Positions 38,856 to 47,521 of a stretch of DNA of 64,000 bases are shown here, piece after piece. Under the pieces are notes generated by a model. The model was not told where the DNA came from, did not search any database, and worked only from the letters and a program-made list of their open reading frames with translations. The position numbers and the translations under genes are program-made. Position 1 is the stretch's first letter. Each line of letters opens with the position of its first letter. Location: contig MTOV01000015.1 in the NCBI GenBank assembly GCA_002011815.1, forward strand, positions 1,405 to 65,404. The letters are read 5' to 3'. The stretch is from Nitrospirae bacterium JdFR-86. GTDB lineage: Bacteria > Nitrospirota > Thermodesulfovibrionia > Thermodesulfovibrionales > JdFR-86.

Positions 38856-40411
38856 TATTTTCCTCCTTCCTTCAGAAGGGCGACCATTTTATCGATTTTT
38901 CTTTCAAATGCCTCTCTGTTTTTATTTGCAGATGCGGCAACCATGACTTTTGTGTTGCCTTTCTCGGTGGTGACTCTCACCCATAGTCTGCGGTGGCTCA
39001 TGAAGAAAGCTATAAAGAGCCCCACGCTCATAGTAGCACAGCCAAGATAAACAATCCATACGCCGGGGTCCCGTCTTACCTGAAGTCCTGTGTATTGTGC
39101 ACCCCAGATGTCTACGAGTTCTACAATGTGTCCGTTCTGCAGCCGCCATGTAACAGGGTATCTCTCGAGTATCCATTTTTTGTATGTTTTGCCGTTTTCG
39201 TTAATCTCCAGTTGTGCTCCAGGGTTGTTCATCATCTCGGAATAAGTGAAAGCCCTTCCATCCTTATCAAACGAAAGTGCAGGACTCCAGTCGGTTACGG
39301 TCGCCTCAATGTTTGTGCCGGGAATAAGGAATTTTTCTCCCTGCCGGACTCTCAAAGTTTCCGAGACTCCGGTTTTCGATGTCGTCCTGAAAATAAACAG
39401 GAAACTGGAACTGTCAGGCATAATCCCGTAGCTTGACTGGTAAAACGTAATCCCCTTGTATCTCAGCGGGTCATTAACCTCTATTCGCTTTTTAAGAACC
39501 TCTTTGCCATTGTCTATAACCGTAAGGAGGCTGCTGTATTCCTTTGGCATGTCGGACCTGCCGTAAAACGATACGTCGAAGTCATCGCACCTGATGGAGA
39601 ATCCCAAAGGCATCATACCGAGCTTCTTCATTCTGGCTGTAAGGTGTGACTCTTCAACCCCGAGCTTGCGTGCCGCCATGGACACATCGCCCCCTGATAT
39701 CTCAAGGGCGTTGAAGATTATTCTTCGCTCTGAGATTTCTGCTGGTGTGAGTTCGCCTGTCTTTGTGAACGCAACTCCAAAGCTTTCTCCTTCCGGAAGG
39801 TTCAGAAACCCTTTGAACCCAAAAAATATTCCAATAAGTGCCCCTACAAGTATGACGAGAATGCTGAAATGGGTGATATAGACGCCAAGCCTGCTGTATC
39901 TCCCTTTTTCCCAGTAGAACTGATGACCACCAGGGTCGCTTGCCTCAGAGTATTTAAACCCCTCTGACCTGAGAACCGAGCCTACTGTTTCCTTTACTTT
40001 CTCTGTCTTGCCTTTAAGGGTAATTTCTCTTTTTATGGGTATTGCCTTGAAGTGTTCTTCTTTTAAGGGTTTAATCGGTTCCTTTACCAGCTTCCATATC
40101 GAGGGGAATCTGTCAATCGAACATACAAGCAGGTTGGCTGCAAAGAGCATGAGCAATGTCACAAACCACCATGAGTGATACATGTCCATGAAGCCCAGTG
40201 CGTCGAATATTCTATACAGGGTTGGAGCAAGGGATTCGCCGAATAACTTGCTGATTACCTGGATGTTTTTCTCAGGTGATGCCTGCTGTTCGAGTATGGT
40301 TCCAATAATGGATGTAAGTGCTATCAGGGAGAATACTATGATAGCCAGTTTTACAGAGGCAAGAAAATCCCATATCCGGTCGATTATATTTTTGTCCTTT
40401 GATTTTGCCAT
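38855..40411 (-). CDS. ccsB: cytochrome c biogenesis protein ResB/CcsB (System II) with an internal HTH-like insert
   Basis: ResB N-terminus (FLASVKLAIIVFSLIALTSIIGTILEQ), TM pattern and conserved His contexts. Lies adjacent to ccsA. Confidence 0.85.
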   Translation of the reverse strand: MAKSKDKNIIDRIWDFLASVKLAIIVFSLIALTSIIGTILEQQASPEKNIQVISKLFGESLAPTLYRIFDALGFMDMYHSWWFVTLLMLFAANLLVCSIDRFPSIWKLVKEPIKPLKEEHFKAIPIKREITLKGKTEKVKETVGSVLRSEGFKYSEASDPGGHQFYWEKGRYSRLGVYITHFSILVILVGALIGIFFGFKGFLNLPEGESFGVAFTKTGELTPAEISERRIIFNALEISGGDVSMAARKLGVEESHLTARMKKLGMMPLGFSIRCDDFDVSFYGRSDMPKEYSSLLTVIDNGKEVLKKRIEVNDPLRYKGITFYQSSYGIMPDSSSFLFIFRTTSKTGVSETLRVRQGEKFLIPGTNIEATVTDWSPALSFDKDGRAFTYSEMMNNPGAQLEINENGKTYKKWILERYPVTWRLQNGHIVELVDIWGAQYTGLQVRRDPGVWIVYLGCATMSVGLFIAFFMSHRRLWVRVTTEKGNTKVMVAASANKNREAFERKIDKMVALLKEGGK

Positions 40412-40604
40412 ACTACTAAAAGTAATTTAATTATAATATTTTTTATGCATAACAAACAAGTTTATAACTTCAGAGTGTCAGGGATGTTCCGGGTTTTGTT
40501 CTTCACCGTGAAGTCTGCATAAATGCCGGTGCTGTCCGGTTTTCAGGTGCAGGGTCTCAGGCGTAAAAGCAGGATAAGTGTTTTACCTGCAAAGGATTAT
40601 ATCG

Positions 40605-41093
40605 TCATTTCTTCAGGGGTTTCGGTCTGTCTCTTTTTGAATCCACCAGACAGAAAAAACCGAACGGCTCTTTAAACGGGTTTTTCAACTGATGCGGGGC
40701 ATCAGGTGGTATGTAAAGCACATCGAGAAATCCGATGTCGTAGTTTTTCCCTTTGACAAGACATCTTCCTTTTCCCCTTATTCCCACCACCACGTGTTCG
40801 TGCCTGTGGTGTTCAAGGGTTGTGTAGCCTCCGGGTGATATCTCGAAGTATCTAAGGTGGAATTTTGTATTTTCTCCTCTGGTGCCGACGAGCACCCTTC
40901 TTAGGACTTCAGCCCATGTGCCGTCCTGAGACTTGTATTTTTCAGTCTTTACCCCCTGCCATGAGAAGTCTCCCTTGTGCCTGTAAAGCCTTGTCCTGAG
41001 GACAGATTTCCTTGTCTTTTCAGGTGTTTTCCAGTCGCATGACAAAGGTGCTGGTTTCTTAGGCATTAAAACACTCCAGGGTTTTCCATACAT
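40605..41093 (-). CDS. cupin-domain protein
   Basis: G-x5-HxH-x-E-like cupin motif (TTLEHHRHEHVVVGIRG) and a second motif (YIPPDAPHQL). Confidence 0.65.
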   Translation of the reverse strand: MYGKPWSVLMPKKPAPLSCDWKTPEKTRKSVLRTRLYRHKGDFSWQGVKTEKYKSQDGTWAEVLRRVLVGTRGENTKFHLRYFEISPGGYTTLEHHRHEHVVVGIRGKGRCLVKGKNYDIGFLDVLYIPPDAPHQLKNPFKEPFGFFCLVDSKRDRPKPLKK

Positions 41094-41134
41094 TATAAAT
41101 AAAAACGCTTCAAAGGGGAGGGGATTGGAGCGTG

Positions 41135-42160
41135 CTAATCAAAAACTATAATGCATTTCAGTGACTCTTTAGCCTCTGCCGTAAGCCTGTAAGCCTTTTC
41201 TGTCTCCTCTATTGGAAACCTGTGGGTGATGACATGGGATGCCTTTACAGCACCGCTTTCCATGAGTTCGAGTGCATCAGCGGTGTCTGAAGGTCCGCAT
41301 GAATAGCTCGTTATAAGACTGATATCTTTAAAATAAAGCTCGTTTGGGTTGATTGTCAGTGTTTCTTCAGGCTTAACCGGAGTAAACATGAGCACAGTGC
41401 CTCCTGCTCCTACAGAGGCTATGCCTGTCTTTAGCGCATCCACGCTGTTTGGACCTGCGATGACGATGTCTGCCATCTGCCCTGAAGTCAGGTCCTTGAG
41501 CGCCTCGATTGTATCTTCTTTGGATGCGTCTATGACATCATCAGCACCGAGTTCCCTGGCTTTGTTGAGTCTGTATGAAACCATATCCGCCCCTATTATT
41601 CTTCCCGCACCGTATTTTTTTAGTGCAAGGATGTTGAGCATACCCATGACTCCAAGCCCGATGACAAGCACTGTATCACCCTGTCTTATCCTTGCCCTTT
41701 TGAGTCCTTTCAGCACGCATGCCAGAGGCTCTATGAGGGTGCCGTCCTCGTAGCTCAGGGTTTCGGGAAGCAGCAGCGTGTCGTTTTCAAGGTTTGTCTC
41801 AGGTATAAGGATGTATTCAGAGATTCCGCCAGGGATGATTTTTGTCTCCCGCCATGTTTTGCACTGCACATAGTCGCCGCGGCGGCAGTGCCTGCATTGA
41901 AAGCACGGTGCATGGTGATGGACAAACACCCTGTCGCCGGGTTTAAAATCTGTAACCTCGCTGCCTGTTTCCACTATCTCGCCTGCAGGCTCATGTCCGA
42001 GGACAAGCGGGGCTTTTTTCTCGATATACCATGGCATAACATCACCTGAGCATATGCCTGATGCCCTGGTCTTTATAAGGGCGTCTTTTGGTCCGACCTT
42101 GGGGACAGGCATGTCTTCGATACGGATGTCATTGAAGCTGTATAGCCTGGCGACTTTCAT
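41135..42160 (-). CDS. zinc-dependent MDR-family alcohol/polyol dehydrogenase
   Basis: GHEPAGEIVETG, structural zinc Cys cluster (CFQCRHCRRGDYVQC) and GLGVMG NAD motif. Confidence 0.85.
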   Translation of the reverse strand: MKVARLYSFNDIRIEDMPVPKVGPKDALIKTRASGICSGDVMPWYIEKKAPLVLGHEPAGEIVETGSEVTDFKPGDRVFVHHHAPCFQCRHCRRGDYVQCKTWRETKIIPGGISEYILIPETNLENDTLLLPETLSYEDGTLIEPLACVLKGLKRARIRQGDTVLVIGLGVMGMLNILALKKYGAGRIIGADMVSYRLNKARELGADDVIDASKEDTIEALKDLTSGQMADIVIAGPNSVDALKTGIASVGAGGTVLMFTPVKPEETLTINPNELYFKDISLITSYSCGPSDTADALELMESGAVKASHVITHRFPIEETEKAYRLTAEAKESLKCIIVFD

Positions 42161-43173
42161 GGGATGATTGCGTATTTTATCCCCCTGCCTTTTGTCAACC
42201 GGTTGAATGCCTTTTCTATATGTTTTAAGGGGAAACTGCCGGATATGAGTCCGGATGTCCTGAGTCTCCGGCTCCGCAGGAGTTCGTATGCCTTTTTTAC
42301 ATCCTGCGGTGTGAAATGGAAAGAGCCTTTCAGTGTTATCTCATCATAATGAAGCCTGTATGTATCGTATGTGACTTTACTGCCCTTGGGGCAGCCTCCA
42401 AACAGCACCAGTGTGCCTCCCCTTCTCAGATACCATACGGCGGACTCCCAGACCTCTGGTCTTCCTGTGCACTCAAAGATATAATCAAAGCCGATACCGC
42501 CGGTAAGGTCTTTTACGGTTTTTTCTATCTTCTCAGGCTTAAGAGCAGTGTCTGCGCCGAGTTTCTTTGCTGTTGCAAGTCTTCCCTTGCTTATGTCGCT
42601 GACAGCCGTTACTGCCCCTTTTTCTTTTAAAAGCATAAGGTGTATAAGTCCTATGGGTCCGGCGCCGATTACCAGTGCTGTATCTCCCTTCTTTATGTCA
42701 AGAGGTTCGATGCCGTGGACAACGCATGAGAGCGGCTCAAGGAGCGCAGCCTCTTCAAAGCTTAGTTTTGCAGGCTTGTGAAAGACATTCTGTTTGACTA
42801 TGTGAGAAGGCAGGAGTATGTATTCAGAGAATGCGCCAAGGATTTTACTTTCCATAATGTTTTCGCAGAGGTTGTAGAGCTTCTTCTTGCAGTATCTGCA
42901 TTTAAGGCATGGTGCGCTGTGCACAGCCATTATTTCATCGCCTTCTTTGAACCTTCTGACGCCTTTTCCGGCTTTTGCCACCACGCCTGAGAACTCATGT
43001 CCGAAAGGACCAGGCATGGGGATTACTGGATGTCCTCTGAGGAAGGCCTTAAGGTCTGTCCCGCAAGTAAGGGCAGCTTTTACTTTTATAAGCAGTTGCC
43101 CTTTTGAGGGGTCAGGTGTTTTTGTTTCACGGATGATTATCTTTCCGGGTTTCAGAAGGAGGCTTTGAAGCAA
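42157..43173 (-). CDS. zinc-dependent MDR-family alcohol/polyol dehydrogenase (paralogue)
   Basis: GHEFSGVV, CLKCRYCKKKLYNLC and GAGPIGL. Overlaps the downstream ADH gene by 4 nt. Confidence 0.85.
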   Translation of the reverse strand: MLQSLLLKPGKIIIRETKTPDPSKGQLLIKVKAALTCGTDLKAFLRGHPVIPMPGPFGHEFSGVVAKAGKGVRRFKEGDEIMAVHSAPCLKCRYCKKKLYNLCENIMESKILGAFSEYILLPSHIVKQNVFHKPAKLSFEEAALLEPLSCVVHGIEPLDIKKGDTALVIGAGPIGLIHLMLLKEKGAVTAVSDISKGRLATAKKLGADTALKPEKIEKTVKDLTGGIGFDYIFECTGRPEVWESAVWYLRRGGTLVLFGGCPKGSKVTYDTYRLHYDEITLKGSFHFTPQDVKKAYELLRSRRLRTSGLISGSFPLKHIEKAFNRLTKGRGIKYAIIP

Positions 43174-43175
43174 GG

Positions 43176-43424
43176 TTAGAACTCCAGTTTACCGCCCCAT
43201 ATCTGCCCTATCAAGGCAGCGAGTATGAAGATAGGGATGTATCTCATGTCAAGGTTTGAAAAGAGTCTGCCAAGGAAGACAATGGGTATAGGCAGGTGAA
43301 TGCAGAGAAACCAGCTCATGGAGAGTTTCTTTGTCTTCCCTCTCATGTAGCCGAACGGAAGGTTGAGCATGAATGTAAGTGAAAATAGTCCGGTAACCAG
43401 AGCAAGTTTTGCACCGAAATCCAT
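43176..43424 (-). CDS. small hydrophobic membrane protein, unknown function
   Basis: 82 aa with 2-3 predicted TM helices. Ends 2 nt upstream of the ADH gene on the same strand. Confidence 0.45.
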   Translation of the reverse strand: MDFGAKLALVTGLFSLTFMLNLPFGYMRGKTKKLSMSWFLCIHLPIPIVFLGRLFSNLDMRYIPIFILAALIGQIWGGKLEF

Positions 43425-43490
43425 ATGAAAAAATAACTCAGCAGGATGTATAAAGTCAAACAGAAGGGTGTTTTGCGTGAAGGGGGATAA

Positions 43491-43517
43491 GGAGGCAGAC
43501 GGAAACCGTCTGCCTCC
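43491..43517. terminator. strong hairpin (bidirectional terminator candidate)
   Basis: GGAGGCAGACGG-aaa-CCGTCTGCCTCC, a 12-bp perfect stem just downstream of the 43530-43856 gene. Confidence 0.6.
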
Positions 43518-43529
43518 TTATAGGGGAGG

Positions 43530-43856
43530 TTACTTGTTTTCTGCTTTGGCGGCAGCCAGCTCTTTTGCCTTTGAAGGAGCTGAGACAGCCTCTGTGAGAT
43601 AGCCAACCACTGTGCCAAAGAGTGCGCCGAGCACAATGCTGACTGAACCGATACAGAAGAGCCCAAGCAGTATGCCTACCACTACGAGCATTCTGACCAG
43701 TATGTTCGGCTCAACAGGTCCACCCATCAGGTGAGAAAGAACTACAACTGTGCCATAACTGCCGAAATAAAACCCGGGGACAACTCCAAAGATGAGGAAC
43801 ACTATGGCTCCTATTACCGCCCCTATCTTTCTTCCAATTCTCATTGACTGTGTCAT
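43530..43856 (-). CDS. glycine-rich small membrane protein (paralogue 1)
   Basis: 108 aa, three hydrophobic Gly-rich helices. Clear similarity to the neighbouring 43885-44202 product. Confidence 0.55.
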   Translation of the reverse strand: MTQSMRIGRKIGAVIGAIVFLIFGVVPGFYFGSYGTVVVLSHLMGGPVEPNILVRMLVVVGILLGLFCIGSVSIVLGALFGTVVGYLTEAVSAPSKAKELAAAKAENK

Positions 43857-43884
43857 CTCATTCCCTCCTTTCAGTTAAATGGTT

Positions 43885-44202
43885 TTATGACACTTTCTCT
43901 TCCACTTCGGGTTTCTTAGGGACCCTGAGCATGTCGATAAGAGTGCCCAGAAGCCAGCCAATCAGTGAACAACCGACAACGAATATTATACCTGCAACCA
44001 TTACTCCAATAAGCATCGACATGCCAACTATAATCCTCGGAAGAACACCTGACGATACAGGAGTCCCAAAGAGCGTGCCTGCAATATTAAGTCCCATTGC
44101 CCCTCCGAGGATAGAGCCCGGAAGAAGACCGAATATGGCAAACAACACAAGCCCGATGCCTGCTCCTACATATGTTGCCTTCTTCGAGATTCTTCCTTTC
44201 AT
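43885..44202 (-). CDS. glycine-rich small membrane protein (paralogue 2)
   Basis: 105 aa with the same helix pattern (FAIFGLLPGSILGG versus LIFGVVPGFYFGS). Confidence 0.55.
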   Translation of the reverse strand: MKGRISKKATYVGAGIGLVLFAIFGLLPGSILGGAMGLNIAGTLFGTPVSSGVLPRIIVGMSMLIGVMVAGIIFVVGCSLIGWLLGTLIDMLRVPKKPEVEEKVS

Positions 44203-44286
44203 CTTTTCCGACCTCCTTCCTCGCTGTTCTGTCTATTAATATGCATTTCCTGTGCCAGCCCATAACTTATTGTTTTTAAAAGAAAC

Positions 44287-44337
44287 TTGCAATTTTTACT
44301 TTTGCAAAACTGCAAAACGCCTTGCAAACCTGCAAAA
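44287..44337. repeat. five closely spaced TGCAAA(A/C)C direct repeats in a divergent promoter region
   Basis: TGCAAA occurs at 44288, 44303, 44311, 44323 and 44331. Confidence 0.55.
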
Positions 44338-44415
44338 GGGGACATGGTCCCTCTTACCTTCTCGGTGGGCAGGCGGTTGCAGTTGTGGAATAAGAAAGGG
44401 ACCGTGTCCCCTTTT
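44335..44415. repeat. two GGGAC-N3-GTCCC palindromes (same family as 1650-1691)
   Basis: aaaaGGGGACatgGTCCCtctt and aagaaaGGGACcgtGTCCCctttt. Confidence 0.6.
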
Positions 44416-44451
44416 GACAACTCTCTTTATCCTCTGCTATCTTTTCTCATA

Positions 44452-45339
44452 ATGAGACTGTCTTTTCCACGGCTTGTATCTTTTATAAACATTGCCCTTT
44501 TAGCGGCACTGGTTGTTTTAAGTCTTGTATTCATAAGAGACGTCATATCTTTTGCTCTGAAGAAGCCCTTGAAAGAGTCCCGGTCCGTTGAGAAAACCGA
44601 CAATCAACTGAAGAAGCAGGCAAGGAGAAAGCTTCAGGATTATGCGCCTGTTCTTAAGAACAATGTATTTGGGTTTCCTGCCGGCGAACTCAAGCCGCTT
44701 TCGTCTTCATCCCTTTCAACGCCAGTGGAGATTGCAGATGTAGATATAAAGCTTTCTGGCACAGTATCCTGGGCAAGTGGATTCGGTTATGCAGTGGTTT
44801 TAGATACCTCCGGACAGCAGGAAGTCTATAAAACAGGGGATTATATTCCTGGTGCAGGCTATCTGAGACGGGTGGACAAGGACAGGATAATCATAGAAGC
44901 AGGAAAAGAAAGTGTAGAGATTCCGCTTGCTGAAATCACTGTCCTGAAAGAGGTGGGCAGGGCTGCAAAAACAGGCAGAAGGCATGGTAAGTTCCGGAGA
45001 TTTGCGAGAAAAACCTCAGAACATTCCTATATCGTTGATCAGAAGGCAATAGAGTCAGCGCTTGAAAACCCAAAACAGATAATGACAGATGCCAGACTTT
45101 TGCCAAATATGGTTGAAGGCAGGCAAGAAGGTTTTGTCATCAAGGAGATAAAGCCCGGTGGCATATATCAGAGTCTTGGCTTAAAAAACGGGGATGTTCT
45201 TCTCAGGGTCAATGAGTTTGATATATCCGACCCTGAGACTGCACTTCAAGCCTTTACAGCACTGAGGGGTATGGACAGAGTAGAGCTTGATATATTAAGA
45301 AACGGCTCAAAGATAACCTTGACATATCTAATAAGGTAA
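44452..45339 (+). CDS. gspC: type II secretion system protein C-like (TM anchor + PDZ domain)
   Basis: The ATG at 44452 gives an N-terminal TM helix (FINIALLAALVVLSLVFI). C-terminal PDZ-like region (GIYQSLGLKNGDVLLRVNEFDI). Immediately upstream of the secretin gene. Confidence 0.7.
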   Translation: MRLSFPRLVSFINIALLAALVVLSLVFIRDVISFALKKPLKESRSVEKTDNQLKKQARRKLQDYAPVLKNNVFGFPAGELKPLSSSSLSTPVEIADVDIKLSGTVSWASGFGYAVVLDTSGQQEVYKTGDYIPGAGYLRRVDKDRIIIEAGKESVEIPLAEITVLKEVGRAAKTGRRHGKFRRFARKTSEHSYIVDQKAIESALENPKQIMTDARLLPNMVEGRQEGFVIKEIKPGGIYQSLGLKNGDVLLRVNEFDISDPETALQAFTALRGMDRVELDILRNGSKITLTYLIR

Positions 45340-45355
45340 AGCAAAATTAAGGCTT

Positions 45356-47473
45356 ATGGGTGGAAGGAAGTATATCCTGTGTCTTGTTATTCTTTGTTTG
45401 CTGGCAGTGCCTTTTTCCATCAGTGCGGCAGAGACCAGGGACGAGAAAGTCACATTCAACTTTGTGAATGTAGAGCTGACTGCTGTCGCAAAGTTCATAA
45501 GTGAGATTACAGGAAAAAACTTTATATTCGACGACAGGGTAAGAGGGAAGGTAACGATAATAGCTCCTTCGAGACTGAGCATAGATGACGCATACAGTCT
45601 TTTTACATCTGTGCTGAAACTTAAAGGGTTTACCCTTGTGCCATCCGGTGTAGATGCCTACAAGATTGTTCCTGCCTCAGAGGCAAGACGGTTGGGCGTA
45701 GAGATAACGGTGGAAAGACCTCCAGTCAATGAGAGCTATATCGCCCGTCTGATACCGTTAAAATACATCTCTTCTGACGATGCCCTCAGGTTTATACAGC
45801 CGGTCGTTTCAAAAGACGGCCATATATCTTCGTTTGGTCCGGGCAATCTTCTGTTTGTAGTGGACTCCGGCCTGAATGTGGAAAAGATACTCAGCATCCT
45901 GGAGGTGATAGACCAGCCGCCTTTAAGTGAAGAGCCGGATGTGGTGTTCCTGAGACATTCAAGTGCAGAGTCCATTGCAAGGATACTGAACGAGGGTATG
46001 AGTAGAGTAAAAAAGCCAACTGCAGGGCAGGCAAAGGCAGTGGCAGACCAGAGACTTAATGCAGTTGTGCTTTTCGGTAATAAAGGTGCAAAAGAGGCAA
46101 TGAGACGGCTCATCGCACTGCTTGATGTGCCTTCAAAAGAGACACAGGGCACTATAAATGTATATTTCCTTGAAAATGCCGATGCAGAGGAACTTGCCGG
46201 AGTCCTTGAAAGACTGCTTAAAGCCCCGCAGACCAGCCGGAAGGCACCAAAAGGTCAGCCTTCTCCGTTTGAGTCTATAAGTGGTATAACCATCACTCCT
46301 GATAAGGCGACGAATGCCCTTGTAATAGTTGCTTCTCCTGCGGATTACCGCAGTCTTGTTCAGGTCATAAAGCAACTGGACAAAAGGAGAAAACAGGTAT
46401 TCGTCGAGGCTATGATAGTTGAAGCCTCTATAGACAAACTCAGGGAGCTGGGTGCAAAATGGCGAGCCATAGGAAGGAACAAAGGCGAGCCTGTGTTTGT
46501 AGCCGGCGTGGGCACCGTGGATTCAGCCACAATACAGACGATAATAAGCGGACTGGCAGGACTTACTGTGGGCGGTATGGGAAATTTCATGACCGTGCCG
46601 ATAACACAGGCAGACGGTACACAGACTGATATTACTATCCCGGGCTTTGCAGCCCTGTTCAGCCTTAGTGAATTCAAAGATGCAGTGAATGTGCTTTCAA
46701 CCCCTCAGATACTCACCTCTGACAATACAGAGGCAGAGATAGTCGTTGGCGAAAACGTGCCTTTTATATCAAAAAGAGAGCGCGATATAACCACTACGAA
46801 TACAGTGCTCAGTTCTATCGAAAGAAAAGACGTGGGCATAACCCTGAGGATTACCCCCCAGATAACAGAAGGCGACTATGTAAGATTAGACATATATCAG
46901 GAGATATCCTCTGTTAAAGAGCCTCCGGCAGCCATTGCAGAAAGCATACTTACGTCTGTCGGGCCGACAACGACCAAGCGCTCTACAAAGACCTCTGTCA
47001 TAGTCAAGAACAGACAGACCGTTGTCATCGGAGGGCTCATGCAGGAAAAACAGGAGACCATTGTCAGCAAGGTTCCCATTCTCGGTGACATCCCGATTTT
47101 AGGCTGGCTTTTTAAGCACAAAAGCGTATCCAAAAGAAAGACCAACCTTATTGTATTTCTTACTCCGCACATAATTGAGGACTCTGAAGAGCTTCAGAGG
47201 ATTACCAGCGAAAAACAGGACGAGTTTGCACGAAAGCAGAAACAATACGCTGAAGGAGAGCTCCTTGTGAAATTCAAGCCGGATGTGACAGAACAGGAGG
47301 CATTGAACTTAATCTCTGAAAAAGGCGCTGAGGTGATAAAGTTCTTTGAGGACTTAAGAATTTATCATGTAAAGATTAGAGAGGGACTGACTGTTGAGGA
47401 TGCCCTTGAGGAGTTTCTCTCCCTGCCTGAAGTCGAATACGCAGAGCCAAATTATAAGATGAAAACCCAGTAA
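45356..47473 (+). CDS. gspD: type II secretion system secretin GspD with an unusual C-terminal extension
   Basis: Signal peptide, N0-N3 repeats, and a secretin core (VPILGDIPILGWLFK...LIVFLTPHII). The extra about 72-aa tail ends in VEYAEPNY. Confidence 0.9.
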   Translation: MGGRKYILCLVILCLLAVPFSISAAETRDEKVTFNFVNVELTAVAKFISEITGKNFIFDDRVRGKVTIIAPSRLSIDDAYSLFTSVLKLKGFTLVPSGVDAYKIVPASEARRLGVEITVERPPVNESYIARLIPLKYISSDDALRFIQPVVSKDGHISSFGPGNLLFVVDSGLNVEKILSILEVIDQPPLSEEPDVVFLRHSSAESIARILNEGMSRVKKPTAGQAKAVADQRLNAVVLFGNKGAKEAMRRLIALLDVPSKETQGTINVYFLENADAEELAGVLERLLKAPQTSRKAPKGQPSPFESISGITITPDKATNALVIVASPADYRSLVQVIKQLDKRRKQVFVEAMIVEASIDKLRELGAKWRAIGRNKGEPVFVAGVGTVDSATIQTIISGLAGLTVGGMGNFMTVPITQADGTQTDITIPGFAALFSLSEFKDAVNVLSTPQILTSDNTEAEIVVGENVPFISKRERDITTTNTVLSSIERKDVGITLRITPQITEGDYVRLDIYQEISSVKEPPAAIAESILTSVGPTTTKRSTKTSVIVKNRQTVVIGGLMQEKQETIVSKVPILGDIPILGWLFKHKSVSKRKTNLIVFLTPHIIEDSEELQRITSEKQDEFARKQKQYAEGELLVKFKPDVTEQEALNLISEKGAEVIKFFEDLRIYHVKIREGLTVEDALEEFLSLPEVEYAEPNYKMKTQ

Positions 47474-47521
47474 CTACCTTCCTGTTAAGCCGTCGCCTGA
47501 TTCCGGAATTAATGTTAATAT

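Noticed and set aside
44287-44451. TTG-initiated N-terminal extension of gspC in the ORF track (MQFLLLQNCKTPCKPAKGDMVP...).
   Set aside because: The extension is a read-through of the TGCAAA repeats and GGGAC palindromes. The internal ATG at 44452 gives a normal TM anchor.
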